This document shows, one piece after another, positions 1 to 10,290 of a stretch of DNA of 64,000 nt. Positions within the stretch are counted from its first letter, which is position 1; the number at the start of each line of letters is the position of its first letter. Both the position numbers and the translations under genes were made by a program. The stretch lies in contig JAUQWS010000023.1 of NCBI GenBank assembly GCA_030835025.1, forward strand, positions 150,458-214,457, given 5' to 3'. Source of the stretch: Ignavibacteria bacterium (lineage in GTDB: Bacteria > Bacteroidota > Ignavibacteria > Tepidaquicellales > OLB5). The notes under the pieces are model-generated. The model was given only the letters and a program-made list of their open reading frames with translations, did not search any database and was not told the origin of the DNA.

Positions 1-933
1 TGAACCGTAGGCAATTCTTACGGTCGGGAAATTCTGCGGCCTGAGTCCGTAAAATGCCCAGTCATGTCTTGCGAGTCTCTCAGGATTCAACTCGCTTTTT
101 ACGGAGCCCCAAAATTCTTTTACCTTATCAATGTACTCATCTTTCATTCTTACGTCGAACAGCAATCCTGCAGTTCCAAAAAGAACTGACTGAAGCCTTA
201 TCACATCATCCCCGTCACCTTTTAGGATTGCCCTAAGTCTTTCCAGCGGCAGGAACTTTGTAAGCTTAAGCATTTGCTCCTTATTCTTGGAGTAACCAAG
301 TGCTTCGAAGAGAAATTCATATAAAGTCTGCTCCCACAATTTTCGTTTAACCGTTAAGCTTCCCGTATCTCCGCCGTATTGTGCAGTAAGTTCATCAAGC
401 CGGGTGTAAATCCTTTCGACCTTTAAGTCAAAGCGCTGCCTTGAAAGTCTTTCAAGCCACATCATTAATTGAGCTTTGCTTATATCGGGAGTTTTACCGC
501 TGCAGGGAAGCCGGAATTGCCCTGAGGGTTTGGAAATTACTGCCTGCCAGATTTCGTGAATAGATGACTTTAAATGGTTTGCAAGAATTACAGTTGGTAC
601 ATCTCTTTTTATCCGGAGTTTTGGAGGGGTTTTATCCTCTGAATCCCACATTACAACATGCAGAATTAAGGAATTATACTTCCGGTCCTTGTGGTGATCG
701 TGCTCAATCCAGTTCTTGTATTCCCGGTGAATTTCAACATCACCGGTTAGAGTTTTACCTCCTATTATAATCTTAGCGTTATTGTAATCAGGACCGGAAT
801 CATAGTTGCGCTTGCCATGATCTATAACTTCAACTTCTTCGCCGCTATCTGCAACAAGGTTTCCGTAAAAGCTCCTGCCGCCTTCCCATATCCTGCAGAT
901 AAATGACTCGTTGATATTTAATGTCGGTTTCAA
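1..933 (-). CDS. DUF2851 family protein. The 3' part of the gene runs off the left edge of the window.
   Basis: Not in the ORF track because there is no stop in the window. My reverse-strand translation from TTG (933-931) reads LKPTLNINESFICRIWEGG...GPDYNNAKIIIGGKTLTGDVEIHREYKNWIEHDHHKDRKYNSLILHVVMW and stays open to position 1. This matches the DUF2851 signature as I remember it. An alternative GTG start lies about 40 nt upstream. Confidence 0.7.
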   Translation of the reverse strand, partial: MKPTLNINESFICRIWEGGRSFYGNLVADSGEEVEVIDHGKRNYDSGPDYNNAKIIIGGKTLTGDVEIHREYKNWIEHDHHKDRKYNSLILHVVMWDSEDKTPPKLRIKRDVPTVILANHLKSSIHEIWQAVISKPSGQFRLPCSGKTPDISKAQLMMWLERLSRQRFDLKVERIYTRLDELTAQYGGDTGSLTVKRKLWEQTLYEFLFEALGYSKNKEQMLKLTKFLPLERLRAILKGDGDDVIRLQSVLFGTAGLLFDVRMKDEYIDKVKEFWGSVKSELNPERLARHDWAFYGLRPQNFPTVRIAYGS

Positions 934-1065
934 ATTGAAATAATTCGATCGATCAACGCTGAATTGATGCACGTCAGATTATTTAAAAAACAAATTGTAT
1001 TCAGCAGAATTTTTACATCAATGGGATAAGGGAATCCTTCAGAACGAAATTACTTTAAACCACAG

Positions 1066-1887
1066 CTACTTCTTTTTCGAATCAATTAACTTATTTATTT
1101 CGTCTCTTGCTTTCTGAGCAGCTTCTCCAACAATTGCCTTGAACTCAACAGCATTCTGAGCTTTCGGAGCTGAGTAGATTATAGAACGGCTCTGATTTAT
1201 AACAAAAAGGCTATGGTTCAGCGAGTTTATTGTCTTTTCCAGCGAACCTTTTTGTGCTCCGATACCGGGAATCAGAAGCGGAGTTTCAGGCAAATTCTTA
1301 GTTATCTTTTCAAGTTCTCTGGTGTGGTTTGCACCCATTACAAATCCGATCTTCTGGTCATTCCACGATACTGCTTTTTCAACAACAACTTCCCACAGCG
1401 GCTGTTTGCCTATTTTAAGGAACTGAAAATCATTGGCTCCGTAATTAGATGTGAGGGCAAGTATCCATACATACTTATTCTTTCTGCGCAAGAAAGGACG
1501 TGCTGAATCCTGCCCCATGTAAGGCTGTACAGTAATAGAGTCAAACCCGAATTCATCAAGGAAAGTCTGCGCATAAAGCTCGGTGGTGTTTTCAATATCA
1601 CCCCGCTTAGCATCGGCAATCGTTATCTGGTTTTGCGGAATTACGGCAAGTGTGGATTGAATAGCGGAGAGTCCGCGCTCAAGAGCCCTTTCATAGAAAG
1701 CGACATTAAGCTTGTACCCGCAGGTGAATTCCTTTGTAGCTTCAACAACAAGGCTGTTAAATTCAGCAATTGGATTAACCGCAGTTTGCAGGAACTGGGG
1801 AACTTTAGTAATATCGGTATCAAGTCCCACAACCAGATGCGAATTGGTCTCTCTTAATGCCTGTTTAAACTTTTTTAGAAAATGCAA
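1066..1887 (-). CDS. pyrF: orotidine 5'-phosphate decarboxylase (type 2)
   Basis: 273 aa. It carries the LVVGLDTD and ADAKRGDI motifs typical of PyrF. Confidence 0.85.
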   Translation of the reverse strand: MHFLKKFKQALRETNSHLVVGLDTDITKVPQFLQTAVNPIAEFNSLVVEATKEFTCGYKLNVAFYERALERGLSAIQSTLAVIPQNQITIADAKRGDIENTTELYAQTFLDEFGFDSITVQPYMGQDSARPFLRRKNKYVWILALTSNYGANDFQFLKIGKQPLWEVVVEKAVSWNDQKIGFVMGANHTRELEKITKNLPETPLLIPGIGAQKGSLEKTINSLNHSLFVINQSRSIIYSAPKAQNAVEFKAIVGEAAQKARDEINKLIDSKKK

Positions 1888-1941
1888 TATTCTTCAATTA
1901 AAAATTACGAATTATGAATTATGAATTTGAGGCTCCTTGTT

Positions 1942-3171
1942 TTAGACGTAATCCTTTCTGTTTCTGTAAGCATTCAATATTATGCCGAGCATAATGAGAT
2001 TTGAAAGTAAAAATGATACACCATAGCTCATAAAGGGCAAGGGAATCCCTATAACAGGCATAATCCCCATGATCATCCCCAGATTTATTAATATGTGAAA
2101 CGAGAAAATGGTTGCAAACCCAATACAGCAGATGCTCAGAAATTGGTTCTTGCAGATATATGCAATATGTATGGTTTGCCAGATCAGGATAAGAAAGAGC
2201 AGAACAACAGCTATAGAACCGATAAAACCAAACTCCTCTCCAACCATGCAGAAGATAAAATCTGTCCACTGTTCAGGAATATATTTCAATTGTGTCTGGG
2301 TTCCCTGTAAAAATCCTTTACCCGTCAATCCCCCGGAACCTATGGCTATCTTTGACTGAATAACATTGTACCCTGCACCAAGCGGGTCAGATTCAGGGTT
2401 GAACATAGACATAATTCTTTTCTGCTGGTACGGCTGCAGTTTACTGTAAACCATGTTGACAGAAAGTCCGGAAGCTATTGATATACAAACTATCACAACA
2501 GATATAAGGATATTCCGCTTGAACAATAACATCATAGCTATAATGAACAGTACTGCCGCAACAAAATACCAAGTTCCAAGAAATGCACAGACTGCCGTAA
2601 TTGCGGGTGCAATAATAAAGAACATTATGTAATTGGGCATACCTGCCCAGTACAAAACCGGCAGCAGGAGAAACAGAAATACAAGTGTGGTACCCATATC
2701 TGGCTGCAGCATTATAAGGACAACAGGGATAATGCAGATACCCACTGCAAAGAAGAAGTCCCGCGGTTTTGTCACGTCTGCATCCTGGTGCTTGTTCGAA
2801 AGGAAGAATGCCAGTGCCATTACCGTTGCAACTTTTGCGAACTCCGAAGGCTGAATTCCGAATCCTGCTATACTGAACCAGCTTGTTTGCCCTTTTATTT
2901 TCTTTCCGAGGAACAATACAGCGATCAGCAGAAGAATCACCAATCCGTAAAACAAATAGCTGGACATTGAAAGATACTTTGGGGGAGTGTACATTATGGC
3001 AAGCACAATCAGTATACCAATACATGCAGAAATAAGCTGCTTCGTGAAGTTACCCGAAACCAGTTCATTCCCGTAAGTAGCGCTGTAAATAGCCAGCAGC
3101 CCGAAAGTAATCAGGGCGAATGCCGAAATGAACACCACAAAATTGAATCTTTCGAATAACTTAGTTTGCAT
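1942..3171 (-). CDS. rodA: rod shape-determining protein RodA (FtsW/RodA/SpoVE family)
   Basis: 409-aa polytopic membrane protein. It lies immediately downstream of PBP2 in an mreBCD-mrdA-rodA arrangement. Confidence 0.85.
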   Translation of the reverse strand: MQTKLFERFNFVVFISAFALITFGLLAIYSATYGNELVSGNFTKQLISACIGILIVLAIMYTPPKYLSMSSYLFYGLVILLLIAVLFLGKKIKGQTSWFSIAGFGIQPSEFAKVATVMALAFFLSNKHQDADVTKPRDFFFAVGICIIPVVLIMLQPDMGTTLVFLFLLLPVLYWAGMPNYIMFFIIAPAITAVCAFLGTWYFVAAVLFIIAMMLLFKRNILISVVIVCISIASGLSVNMVYSKLQPYQQKRIMSMFNPESDPLGAGYNVIQSKIAIGSGGLTGKGFLQGTQTQLKYIPEQWTDFIFCMVGEEFGFIGSIAVVLLFLILIWQTIHIAYICKNQFLSICCIGFATIFSFHILINLGMIMGIMPVIGIPLPFMSYGVSFLLSNLIMLGIILNAYRNRKDYV

Positions 3172-3205
3172 TATCTGATAACGATCTTGAAATTATTTCA
3201 CTTAT

Positions 3206-4987
3206 TCAATTAGCTCCGAAAGTTTCCTTTACTTCCGATTCATCTGTAAGCCCGAGCAGATATTTCAGGATAATACGCTGGGCAATGGGCGCAGCAACGG
3301 TTGCCCCAAATCCGGCGTTTTCTACCATTACGCAAATTGCGATCTTCGGATCATCTGCAGGCGCATAGGCTATGAACCATGAATGGTCCTGGCCATGCGG
3401 ATTTTGCGCCGTGCCTGTCTTGCCGGCTATTTGTACTTCTGAACTGCGTATTGATCTTCCTGTACCGTTCCCGTTAACAACAAGATACATTCCTTTTTGA
3501 ATTATCTTGAAATACTCTTTCTTTATGGGTAATTCTCTCTTCTTATATGTGACCGGAACAAGTTCGCCGGTCTGCGGATTCTTAAGGAACTTCACAAGAT
3601 GCGGCTGATAATACGTTCCTGAGTTACTGAGCATTGCCGTATAGTTAGCCATCTGCACGGGTGATACACCAAGCTCACCCTGTCCTATTCCCAAACTTAC
3701 TACATACCCTTCAGTCCAACCTTTGGGCCCGTATCGCTTATTGTAATACTCAGTCGATGGCAAAAGTCCCTTGGTTTCTTCAGGAATATCAATTCCTGTT
3801 TTATCACCGAACCCGAGGATCCTTCCGTATTTGGACCAGTTATCAAGCCCAATCCTTAAAACAAGCTTGTAATAGAATACGTTGGACGAATGTTCGATTG
3901 AAGTCGGAATAGTGATCGAGCCGTACGCACCGTGATCGCCAAATACTTTGTCTCCGAATCGGAAGCTTCCTTCGCATGGAATGGTTGAATTGGGTTTCAT
4001 GATTCCCTCTTCAAGCGATGCAAGCGCAGATACCATCTTATACGTTGATCCGGGCGGGTACCTTGTCTGTGTTGCGCGGTTGAAAAGCGGTTTGTTCGGG
4101 TCAGTATTCAGCGCTGTCCAAACCTGAGGCGAAAGCTTCCCGCTGAAATAGTTCAGGTCATAATCAGGCTTGCTGACCAAACAAATAACTTCGCCGTTAT
4201 TCGGGTCAAGAGCCACAATTCCGCCTGTCCTTCCTTCAAGCAAAGTCTCGGCGTATTTCTGCACATCTGCATCAACGCTGAGGATAAGGTCATAGCCCGA
4301 AATGGACTTCACATCGTTCTTGCCGTCATTTAAGGGACCGACTTCCTTGCCTTTTGAATCCTGCAAAATGAACTCATAACCTTTTTCGCCCCTAAGATAA
4401 TTCTCATATCCTGCTTCAAGACCGGTCGTGCCTATCAGGTCACCCTGTTTGTAATAATCTCCCTGTTGTTTGTTAAGCATGTTTTGAGAGATCTCTTTTG
4501 TATATCCAATTAGGTGCGTTCCCCTGAAATCTGTGGGATAAAGCCTTATTGGATCAATACTGTAATCTACGCCTTTGAGTATTTCCCTGTTTTCTTCAAT
4601 AAACGAAATCACCCTGAAATCAACATCTCTCATGATCCTTGTCGGGATGAACCTGTTTGTACCTTCTATTTTCTTCAGCTCCTCTTTTAAAAAGGCAGGT
4701 TCAACATTTATAAGGCTGCACACAATTCCGATCGCATTAGTATCAAATTCCTTTTTTGTTATTGTTACACTATAAGAAGGTTTGTTATCGACCAAAAGCC
4801 TGCCGTTCCTGTCAAATATGAGACCTCTTGCAGGCGTAGTTATTATTGTTTTGACGGAATTCCTTTCGGCATCCTTATCAAACTTCTCGGGATTTATCAC
4901 CTGTAGCTGCACCAGCCTGCCGCCTATGACAAAACAGATGATAAATGAGAAAACATAATAGAAATTTTTTCTTTTGGTCAGATCCAT
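3206..4987 (-). CDS. mrdA: penicillin-binding protein 2 (elongasome transpeptidase)
   Basis: 593 aa with an N-terminal TM helix. It has the SxxK (STYK), SxN (SSN) and KTG (KTGT) motifs and sits between mreD and rodA. Confidence 0.9.
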   Translation of the reverse strand: MDLTKRKNFYYVFSFIICFVIGGRLVQLQVINPEKFDKDAERNSVKTIITTPARGLIFDRNGRLLVDNKPSYSVTITKKEFDTNAIGIVCSLINVEPAFLKEELKKIEGTNRFIPTRIMRDVDFRVISFIEENREILKGVDYSIDPIRLYPTDFRGTHLIGYTKEISQNMLNKQQGDYYKQGDLIGTTGLEAGYENYLRGEKGYEFILQDSKGKEVGPLNDGKNDVKSISGYDLILSVDADVQKYAETLLEGRTGGIVALDPNNGEVICLVSKPDYDLNYFSGKLSPQVWTALNTDPNKPLFNRATQTRYPPGSTYKMVSALASLEEGIMKPNSTIPCEGSFRFGDKVFGDHGAYGSITIPTSIEHSSNVFYYKLVLRIGLDNWSKYGRILGFGDKTGIDIPEETKGLLPSTEYYNKRYGPKGWTEGYVVSLGIGQGELGVSPVQMANYTAMLSNSGTYYQPHLVKFLKNPQTGELVPVTYKKRELPIKKEYFKIIQKGMYLVVNGNGTGRSIRSSEVQIAGKTGTAQNPHGQDHSWFIAYAPADDPKIAICVMVENAGFGATVAAPIAQRIILKYLLGLTDESEVKETFGAN

Positions 4988-4990
4988 CTA

Positions 4991-5485
4991 TTACCTTGAA
5001 AATCTCCTTTTCCTGGCGAAAAGCACAGGGAATACACTGAACAGTGCAGTATAAACTGTAGTTGGAACAACGTATCTCAATACCATATCACTCATTTCCA
5101 GGCTGGTTCCCTGAAAGTAAATATAATAATACAGAAAATTGTTGACCAGTGAACAGAAAGAAACAATTACAATAAAACGGTATGTATTAAGATACCGCTC
5201 CATCTTAAGCTCATTATGGAAGTACCCTGAAACAAAACCCGACACAGTTTTTGCAAGTGCCATCAGACCGATAAAAGAGAAACTGAAAATATCCAGCACA
5301 ATTCCGGAAAGAAATCCCGAAATGCCTCCGATGATCTTGCCTCTTTTGATACCAACATACACAAGCCCTATTATGACAATATCGGGTGTTATCCTGTATT
5401 CTGTCACATCAATAAAACCGATCAGCGTCTTCTGAATAATTACCAGGCCAAGCAGAATTCCCGCATATTTCAGGTAATCTATCAT
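4991..5485 (-). CDS. mreD: rod shape-determining protein MreD
   Basis: 164-aa multi-TM protein located between mreC and mrdA. The call rests mainly on synteny and size. Confidence 0.7.
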   Translation of the reverse strand: MIDYLKYAGILLGLVIIQKTLIGFIDVTEYRITPDIVIIGLVYVGIKRGKIIGGISGFLSGIVLDIFSFSFIGLMALAKTVSGFVSGYFHNELKMERYLNTYRFIVIVSFCSLVNNFLYYYIYFQGTSLEMSDMVLRYVVPTTVYTALFSVFPVLFARKRRFSR

Positions 5486-5491
5486 CGGGGA

Positions 5492-6325
5492 CTATTTAGC
5501 CTTCTCACTGAATCTCTTTTCAAGTTCTTTACGCTCTAAATCCGTTAGAAACTTAAGTACAAAGACCTCTTCGAGTGTTTCAAAATCAACAAAGCATTCT
5601 ATTTCAATATGTTTGAACAGATTATCTTTTGTACCATCCGTTGTTGCATACCCTATCGGGAGCCCCGGCGGGAAGACATTGCTGTATTCCGAAGTAATAA
5701 TGACATCTCCAACTTTGACATCGGCGCTTTTTGAAACGTTCTTCATAAGTACTTTGCCTTCACCGTCCCATGAGATTATCCCGTCTACCCTGCTGCGCTG
5801 GTCTTTAGCGCTCACTTTAAGATCCCTATTTAAGAGAATTTGGGCAATACTGTAATTCTTACTGGTGGCAACAACCTTTCCTACAAGCCCTTTATCGGTA
5901 ATTACGGGCATACCTATCTTAACTGAATCGAACTCGCCTATATCTATTGTTATATTATTCCTGGTCTGGATAAGGGTTTTGCCGATGACCTTTCCTGTTG
6001 CCACTCGGTAATTTGTCCGTTGTTTGAACTCGAGCATTCCGTTCAGTCTTAGATTCTCCAGCTTGGATTCTTTAAGTCTGCTTAGTTCACGCGAAAGTTC
6101 GAGATTTGATTCACGTAGTGACTTATTCTCTCTTTCAAGCTCAAAAATATTCGGGATGAAAGAAAATCCGCTCTGCATTACGCCTATGACATTAACAGCA
6201 ACAACTCTTAAGAATCTTATCTGTACATTATCGTTCTGGAAAATGAGTATAATGCTGATAAGGATGAGAGCAGAAAATATCAGGTATTCTTTTAGATTGC
6301 CAAGATATGAGAGAAGAGTCTTCAT
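5492..6325 (-). CDS. mreC: rod shape-determining protein MreC
   Basis: 277 aa with an N-terminal TM, a coiled-coil (LRESNLELSRELSRLKESKLENLRL) and a beta-rich C-terminal part. It is adjacent to mreB. Confidence 0.85.
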   Translation of the reverse strand: MKTLLSYLGNLKEYLIFSALILISIILIFQNDNVQIRFLRVVAVNVIGVMQSGFSFIPNIFELERENKSLRESNLELSRELSRLKESKLENLRLNGMLEFKQRTNYRVATGKVIGKTLIQTRNNITIDIGEFDSVKIGMPVITDKGLVGKVVATSKNYSIAQILLNRDLKVSAKDQRSRVDGIISWDGEGKVLMKNVSKSADVKVGDVIITSEYSNVFPPGLPIGYATTDGTKDNLFKHIEIECFVDFETLEEVFVLKFLTDLERKELEKRFSEKAK

Positions 6326-6408
6326 TAGCTGATTGGAATTGAAATGTAGCTGTGATAAATTAAAAAAAGAATCGGAAAGTAAGAGCAGTCAACTTCAAAA
6401 GGGAACTA

Positions 6409-7434
6409 TCAATACTTTTTGCTTCTGATCAAAACCTTATTATACTTTTGCAGGTCTTCAAGGACTTTTCCGGCGCCCCTGACAACTGCAGTAAGCGGGT
6501 CTTCAGCAACATGAACAGGAAGATTGGTTTCAAGCCTGATACGTTCATCAAGGCCTTTTATCAGTGCCCCGCCGCCGCTCAGCATAATTCCGCGGTCAAG
6601 TATATCGCTGGCAAGCTCCGGCTGAGTGCTTTCAAGTGCTACCTTAACAGCACGGATTATCTGGTTCACAGGCTCACTTAAGGCCTCACGTATCTCTATT
6701 GAGCTTACTTCGGTCATTTTCGGCAGTCCTGAGACCAAATCACGTCCTTTTACTTCAATAATAACCTCTTCTTTAAGCGGCATAACAGAGCCGACCTGGC
6801 ACTTTATCTCTTCAGCAGTCCTTTCACCTATCAGGATATTATAGTTTTTCCTGAAGTACTCAACAATTGCAACATTAAGCTCATCACCCGCAACACGGAT
6901 AGAGGCTCCGTTTGCAATTCCGGAAAGTGAGATGACGGCAATTTCAGTTGTTCCTCCGCCAATATCAATAATCATGTTACCGACCGGTGAAGAGACATCA
7001 AGTCCCACACCGATAGCTGCTGCCATAGGTTCAGCAAGCAGATAAACTTCTTTGGCCCCTGCATGTTCCGCTGAATCTCTCACAGCACGTTTTTCAACTT
7101 CGGTAATTCCGCTTGGAACACAAATGACAACTTTTGAACTGGGGAAAATACTTGAATGAACTTTTTTGATAAAAGCTCTAAGCATTCCTTCGGCAATTTC
7201 AAAATCTGCAATAACACCATCACCCATCGGGCGGATAGTCTTTATCCCCTTGTGGGTTTTTTCATGCATTTGTTTTGCTTCGTGACCAACAGCGATAATT
7301 TTCTTCGTTGTTTCATCAAAAGCAACGATGGAAGGCTCGTTAAGGATTATACCTTTACCTTTGATGTAAATAAGAGTGTTCGCAGTGCCCAGGTCTATTG
7401 CAATTTCAGCTGATAAAAATCCGAATAATGCCAT
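6409..7434 (-). CDS. mreB: actin-like rod shape-determining protein MreB
   Basis: 341 aa. It has IAIDLGTANTLIY and DIGGGTTEIAV actin/Hsp70-fold phosphate motifs. Confidence 0.95.
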   Translation of the reverse strand: MALFGFLSAEIAIDLGTANTLIYIKGKGIILNEPSIVAFDETTKKIIAVGHEAKQMHEKTHKGIKTIRPMGDGVIADFEIAEGMLRAFIKKVHSSIFPSSKVVICVPSGITEVEKRAVRDSAEHAGAKEVYLLAEPMAAAIGVGLDVSSPVGNMIIDIGGGTTEIAVISLSGIANGASIRVAGDELNVAIVEYFRKNYNILIGERTAEEIKCQVGSVMPLKEEVIIEVKGRDLVSGLPKMTEVSSIEIREALSEPVNQIIRAVKVALESTQPELASDILDRGIMLSGGGALIKGLDERIRLETNLPVHVAEDPLTAVVRGAGKVLEDLQKYNKVLIRSKKY

Positions 7435-7505
7435 TAATATTTAGATCCCTATTGTAGTATATTTAACGTTATCGTTTTTTCGAGAAATTATGAAAAACCA
7501 ATTTG

Positions 7506-7513
7506 CAAATATA
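7506..7513 (-). promoter_or_regulatory. candidate FCB-type -7 promoter box (TATATTTG) for the mreB operon
   Basis: The reverse strand reads ccTTATATTTGcaaa about 70 nt upstream of the mreB ATG. This matches the TAnnTTTG consensus known for Bacteroidota sigma-A promoters. Confidence 0.4.
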
Positions 7514-7597
7514 AGGTTTAATTTTATTATAATAAGTGAACATTTTGGTTCTTACCCTAGGTTTTTTTCACAAGTGAGAAGTTCAGGAACGAATCTC

Positions 7598-9115
7598 TTA
7601 ATGTCTAAAATGCCTAACACTTGTTAGGACCATCGCAAGTCCATATTCGTTTGCCGCTTTAATTACTTCTTCATCATTTACTGAACCGCCTGGATGGATA
7701 ACGGATCTTGATCCGGCTTTGGCAGCCTCTATAACACCATCAGGGAACGGGAAGAACGCGTCCGAAGCCACAGAGCACCCTTCAAGCCCTATGTTGAAGC
7801 GCTTTGCCTTATTCACAGCCAGCATACTGGAATCAACCCTTGAAGGCTGTCCGCCCCCTATTCCGCAAGTTCTGCCGTCTTTGGCGTAAATAACAGCATT
7901 TGACTTTGTATGCTTGCAGACTTTCATTGCAAAAAGCAGATCCTTCATTTCTTCATCACTTGGTTTGCGCTCGGTTACAACTTTAAGTTCGTTCTCATTC
8001 ACTACAATTGAATCTCTATCCTGAATAAGTATTCCTCCATTGACTGATTTCAGCTCCATTTGGTCGCCTAGATCGGGCCTGTTATATTTTATGATCCTTC
8101 TGTTTTTCTTTTTGAACAGAAAATCAAGCACACCCGTGCCAAAATCCGGAGCAATAATTATCTCAGTAAACACTTTATCTATTTCTGTAGCAGCGTCCAT
8201 TTCAAGTTTTCTGTTCACTATGACGATCCCGCCGAAAGGTGAAACAGTATCAGTTGAAAATGCCTTGGAATATGCGTCTTTTATATCGTTCCCAATAGCT
8301 GCGCCGCAGGGGTTTGTATGTTTTAGAATTGCACAGGCAGGTTCATCGAATTCGTTTATCAGATTATACGCAGCATCAATATCCAGAATGTTGATGTAAG
8401 ACAGTTCTTTTCCGTGGAGCTTTTCGAATATCTGTTCAAACCCCTTATCGCCGATATTATACAGTACAGCATTCTGGTGCGGGTTCTCACCATACCTTAA
8501 CTCTTCATAGTTAGTGAAATAAATATCAAAGATGCCGCTTTTCTGACCGGATATTTTTCTGTAATAATTCGCAATGTTTATATCATACGAAGCAATGTAC
8601 TCGAATGCATCTGCAGCCAGAAGCTGGTTAATATCTTTTTTCTCATCAAGCGATTCAAGGTAGAATTCATACTGCTGCGGGTCAACAATGATGCCAACAC
8701 TTTTGAAATTCTTTGCCGCTGCTCTAATAAGGGATACGCCGCCAATATCTATCTGCTCAATAGCCTCCTCAACAGTGCAGCCGGGCTTTCTGACCGTCTG
8801 TTTGAAAGGATAGAGGCTCACACAAACCATATCAAAAAGCTCAAATCCGTGCTGTTTTACTTCATTCTGGTGGTCGGGATTTGTTTTGTCAGCAAGGATT
8901 CCGGCAAATATCAAATGCTGCAGGGTCTTTACTCTCCCTCCCAACACTTCGGGAGCTTTGGTTATCTCCTCTATTGTCTTTATCTTTAATCCGCTTTCTT
9001 TAAGCAGTTTTGCAGTGCCGCTTGTTGAGACGATTTCAAATCCTCTTGAAGCAAGCTCCCTTGCAAAATCCGTGATACCTGATTTATCGTAAACGCTTAT
9101 TAATGCTCTTTTCAT
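7598..9115 (-). CDS. purH: bifunctional AICAR transformylase / IMP cyclohydrolase
   Basis: 505 aa. The N-terminus is MKRALISVYDKSGI...STSGTAKLL (MGS-like domain), followed by an AICARFT domain ending in VRHFRH. Confidence 0.95.
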   Translation of the reverse strand: MKRALISVYDKSGITDFARELASRGFEIVSTSGTAKLLKESGLKIKTIEEITKAPEVLGGRVKTLQHLIFAGILADKTNPDHQNEVKQHGFELFDMVCVSLYPFKQTVRKPGCTVEEAIEQIDIGGVSLIRAAAKNFKSVGIIVDPQQYEFYLESLDEKKDINQLLAADAFEYIASYDINIANYYRKISGQKSGIFDIYFTNYEELRYGENPHQNAVLYNIGDKGFEQIFEKLHGKELSYINILDIDAAYNLINEFDEPACAILKHTNPCGAAIGNDIKDAYSKAFSTDTVSPFGGIVIVNRKLEMDAATEIDKVFTEIIIAPDFGTGVLDFLFKKKNRRIIKYNRPDLGDQMELKSVNGGILIQDRDSIVVNENELKVVTERKPSDEEMKDLLFAMKVCKHTKSNAVIYAKDGRTCGIGGGQPSRVDSSMLAVNKAKRFNIGLEGCSVASDAFFPFPDGVIEAAKAGSRSVIHPGGSVNDEEVIKAANEYGLAMVLTSVRHFRH

Positions 9116-9795
9116 TTTGGTGTCCTGATGAAAACCTTATTATTTCTTAATGAAACTTTTTTTTCTTCAAACAGTCTTATGGCCTGTGGGTAAAGCCTGT
9201 GTTCAGTTCTTAAAACTCTTTTGCGGAGCTTCTCTGCATCATCACCCGGCTTAACCGGCACTTCTTTCTGAATTACAATTGCACCGTTATCATAAACCTC
9301 ATCAACAAAGTGGACAGTTGCTCCCGTAGTTTTCACTCCGGCTTTCAACACTGCTTCATGAACATTTATCCCGTACATCCCTTTTCCGCCGAATGCAGGC
9401 AGCAATGCTGGGTGAATATTGATTATCCTATTTCTGAATTTTCTGATAATTTGTGGACTGAGCATCTTCATATAACCGGCAAGCAAAATCATATCTACCT
9501 TGTGTTTTTTAAAAAGGGAAAGCAGCTTACTGGTGAATTCCTCCTCGGAATTGAACTGCTTCTGTGATAAGTGGAAAGAGGTAATTTTATTTTTTGAGGC
9601 AGTCTTCAGCGCTCCTGATTTAGAGTTATTGCTTATAACCAGGACGACTTTTGAACTTATTTTCCTTTGTTTTGCTGCGTTAAGGATGGCTTTTAAGTTC
9701 GTACCGCTTCCGGAGGCCAAAACGCATAAATTCAAAGCCAATTTGTACGGAAATTTATTGATTTTAAGCAAAAATAGCAAAAAATGTCTTAACAA
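9112..9795 (-). CDS. purN: phosphoribosylglycinamide formyltransferase
   Basis: It carries LASGSGTNLKAIL and NIHPALLPAFGG motifs and overlaps purH by 4 nt. The ORF-track start (TTG at 9795) gives an odd 18-aa extension. The TTG at 9741 (reading (M)ALNLCVLASGSG) is the more likely start. Confidence 0.9.
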   Translation of the reverse strand: MLRHFLLFLLKINKFPYKLALNLCVLASGSGTNLKAILNAAKQRKISSKVVLVISNNSKSGALKTASKNKITSFHLSQKQFNSEEEFTSKLLSLFKKHKVDMILLAGYMKMLSPQIIRKFRNRIINIHPALLPAFGGKGMYGINVHEAVLKAGVKTTGATVHFVDEVYDNGAIVIQKEVPVKPGDDAEKLRKRVLRTEHRLYPQAIRLFEEKKVSLRNNKVFIRTPK

Positions 9796-9830
9796 TCAAT
9801 TAATAAATTGCAAAATTTGAACAAAATTTA

Positions 9831-9838
9831 TATATTTG
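9831..9838 (+). promoter_or_regulatory. candidate -7 promoter box (TATATTTG) for the L31 gene
   Basis: TATATTTG lies 43 nt upstream of the rpmE start and matches the TAnnTTTG consensus. Confidence 0.4.
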
Positions 9839-9880
9839 TAGTCTTTAATATTATTTAAGCTAAAAAGGATACAAGTAAAA

Positions 9881-10219
9881 ATGAAAAAGGGCACACACCC
9901 GAAATACAGGCCGGTTGTTTTTAAGGATGTTTCATCTGATTTTACTCTTTTGACGAGATCATCGGCTGATTCAAAAGAAACCATAATGCACGAAGGCAAA
10001 GAATACCCGTTAATAAAGATCGATATTTCAAGCGCTTCGCATCCGTTTTTTACCGGTAAGAACATTCTGCTGGATAGCGCCGGACGCGTTGAGAAATTCA
10101 ACAGGAAGTATGCTAAAAGAAAGCCCAAAACAGAAGTTAAAGCAGAGGAAGTTAAGGCTGAAGAAGTAAAAACAGAAGAAGTTAAAACCGAAGAATCCAA
10201 TACCGAAGCTGTTTCATAG
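9881..10219 (+). CDS. rpmE: 50S ribosomal protein L31, type B (no CxxC zinc motif), with a repetitive acidic C-terminal tail
   Basis: The sequence reads MKKGTHPKYRPVVF...SSASHPFFTGK...GRVEKFNRKY. The last ~30 aa are EVKAEEVKAEEVKTEEVKTEE repeats. Confidence 0.9.
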   Translation: MKKGTHPKYRPVVFKDVSSDFTLLTRSSADSKETIMHEGKEYPLIKIDISSASHPFFTGKNILLDSAGRVEKFNRKYAKRKPKTEVKAEEVKAEEVKTEEVKTEESNTEAVS

Positions 10220-10290
10220 GCAATAATCAAAGCTTTCAGGCTTTTGAATAAAATAAAAATTTATCAGATCCTCAAATTACAGTTCCTGAA

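Noticed and set aside
9796-10230. 144-aa minus-strand ORF covering the L31 gene region.
   Set aside because: It is antisense to a clearly recognisable ribosomal protein gene. Its repetitive SSVLTSSVFTSSALTSS sequence is just the reverse reading of the EVKAE repeat.
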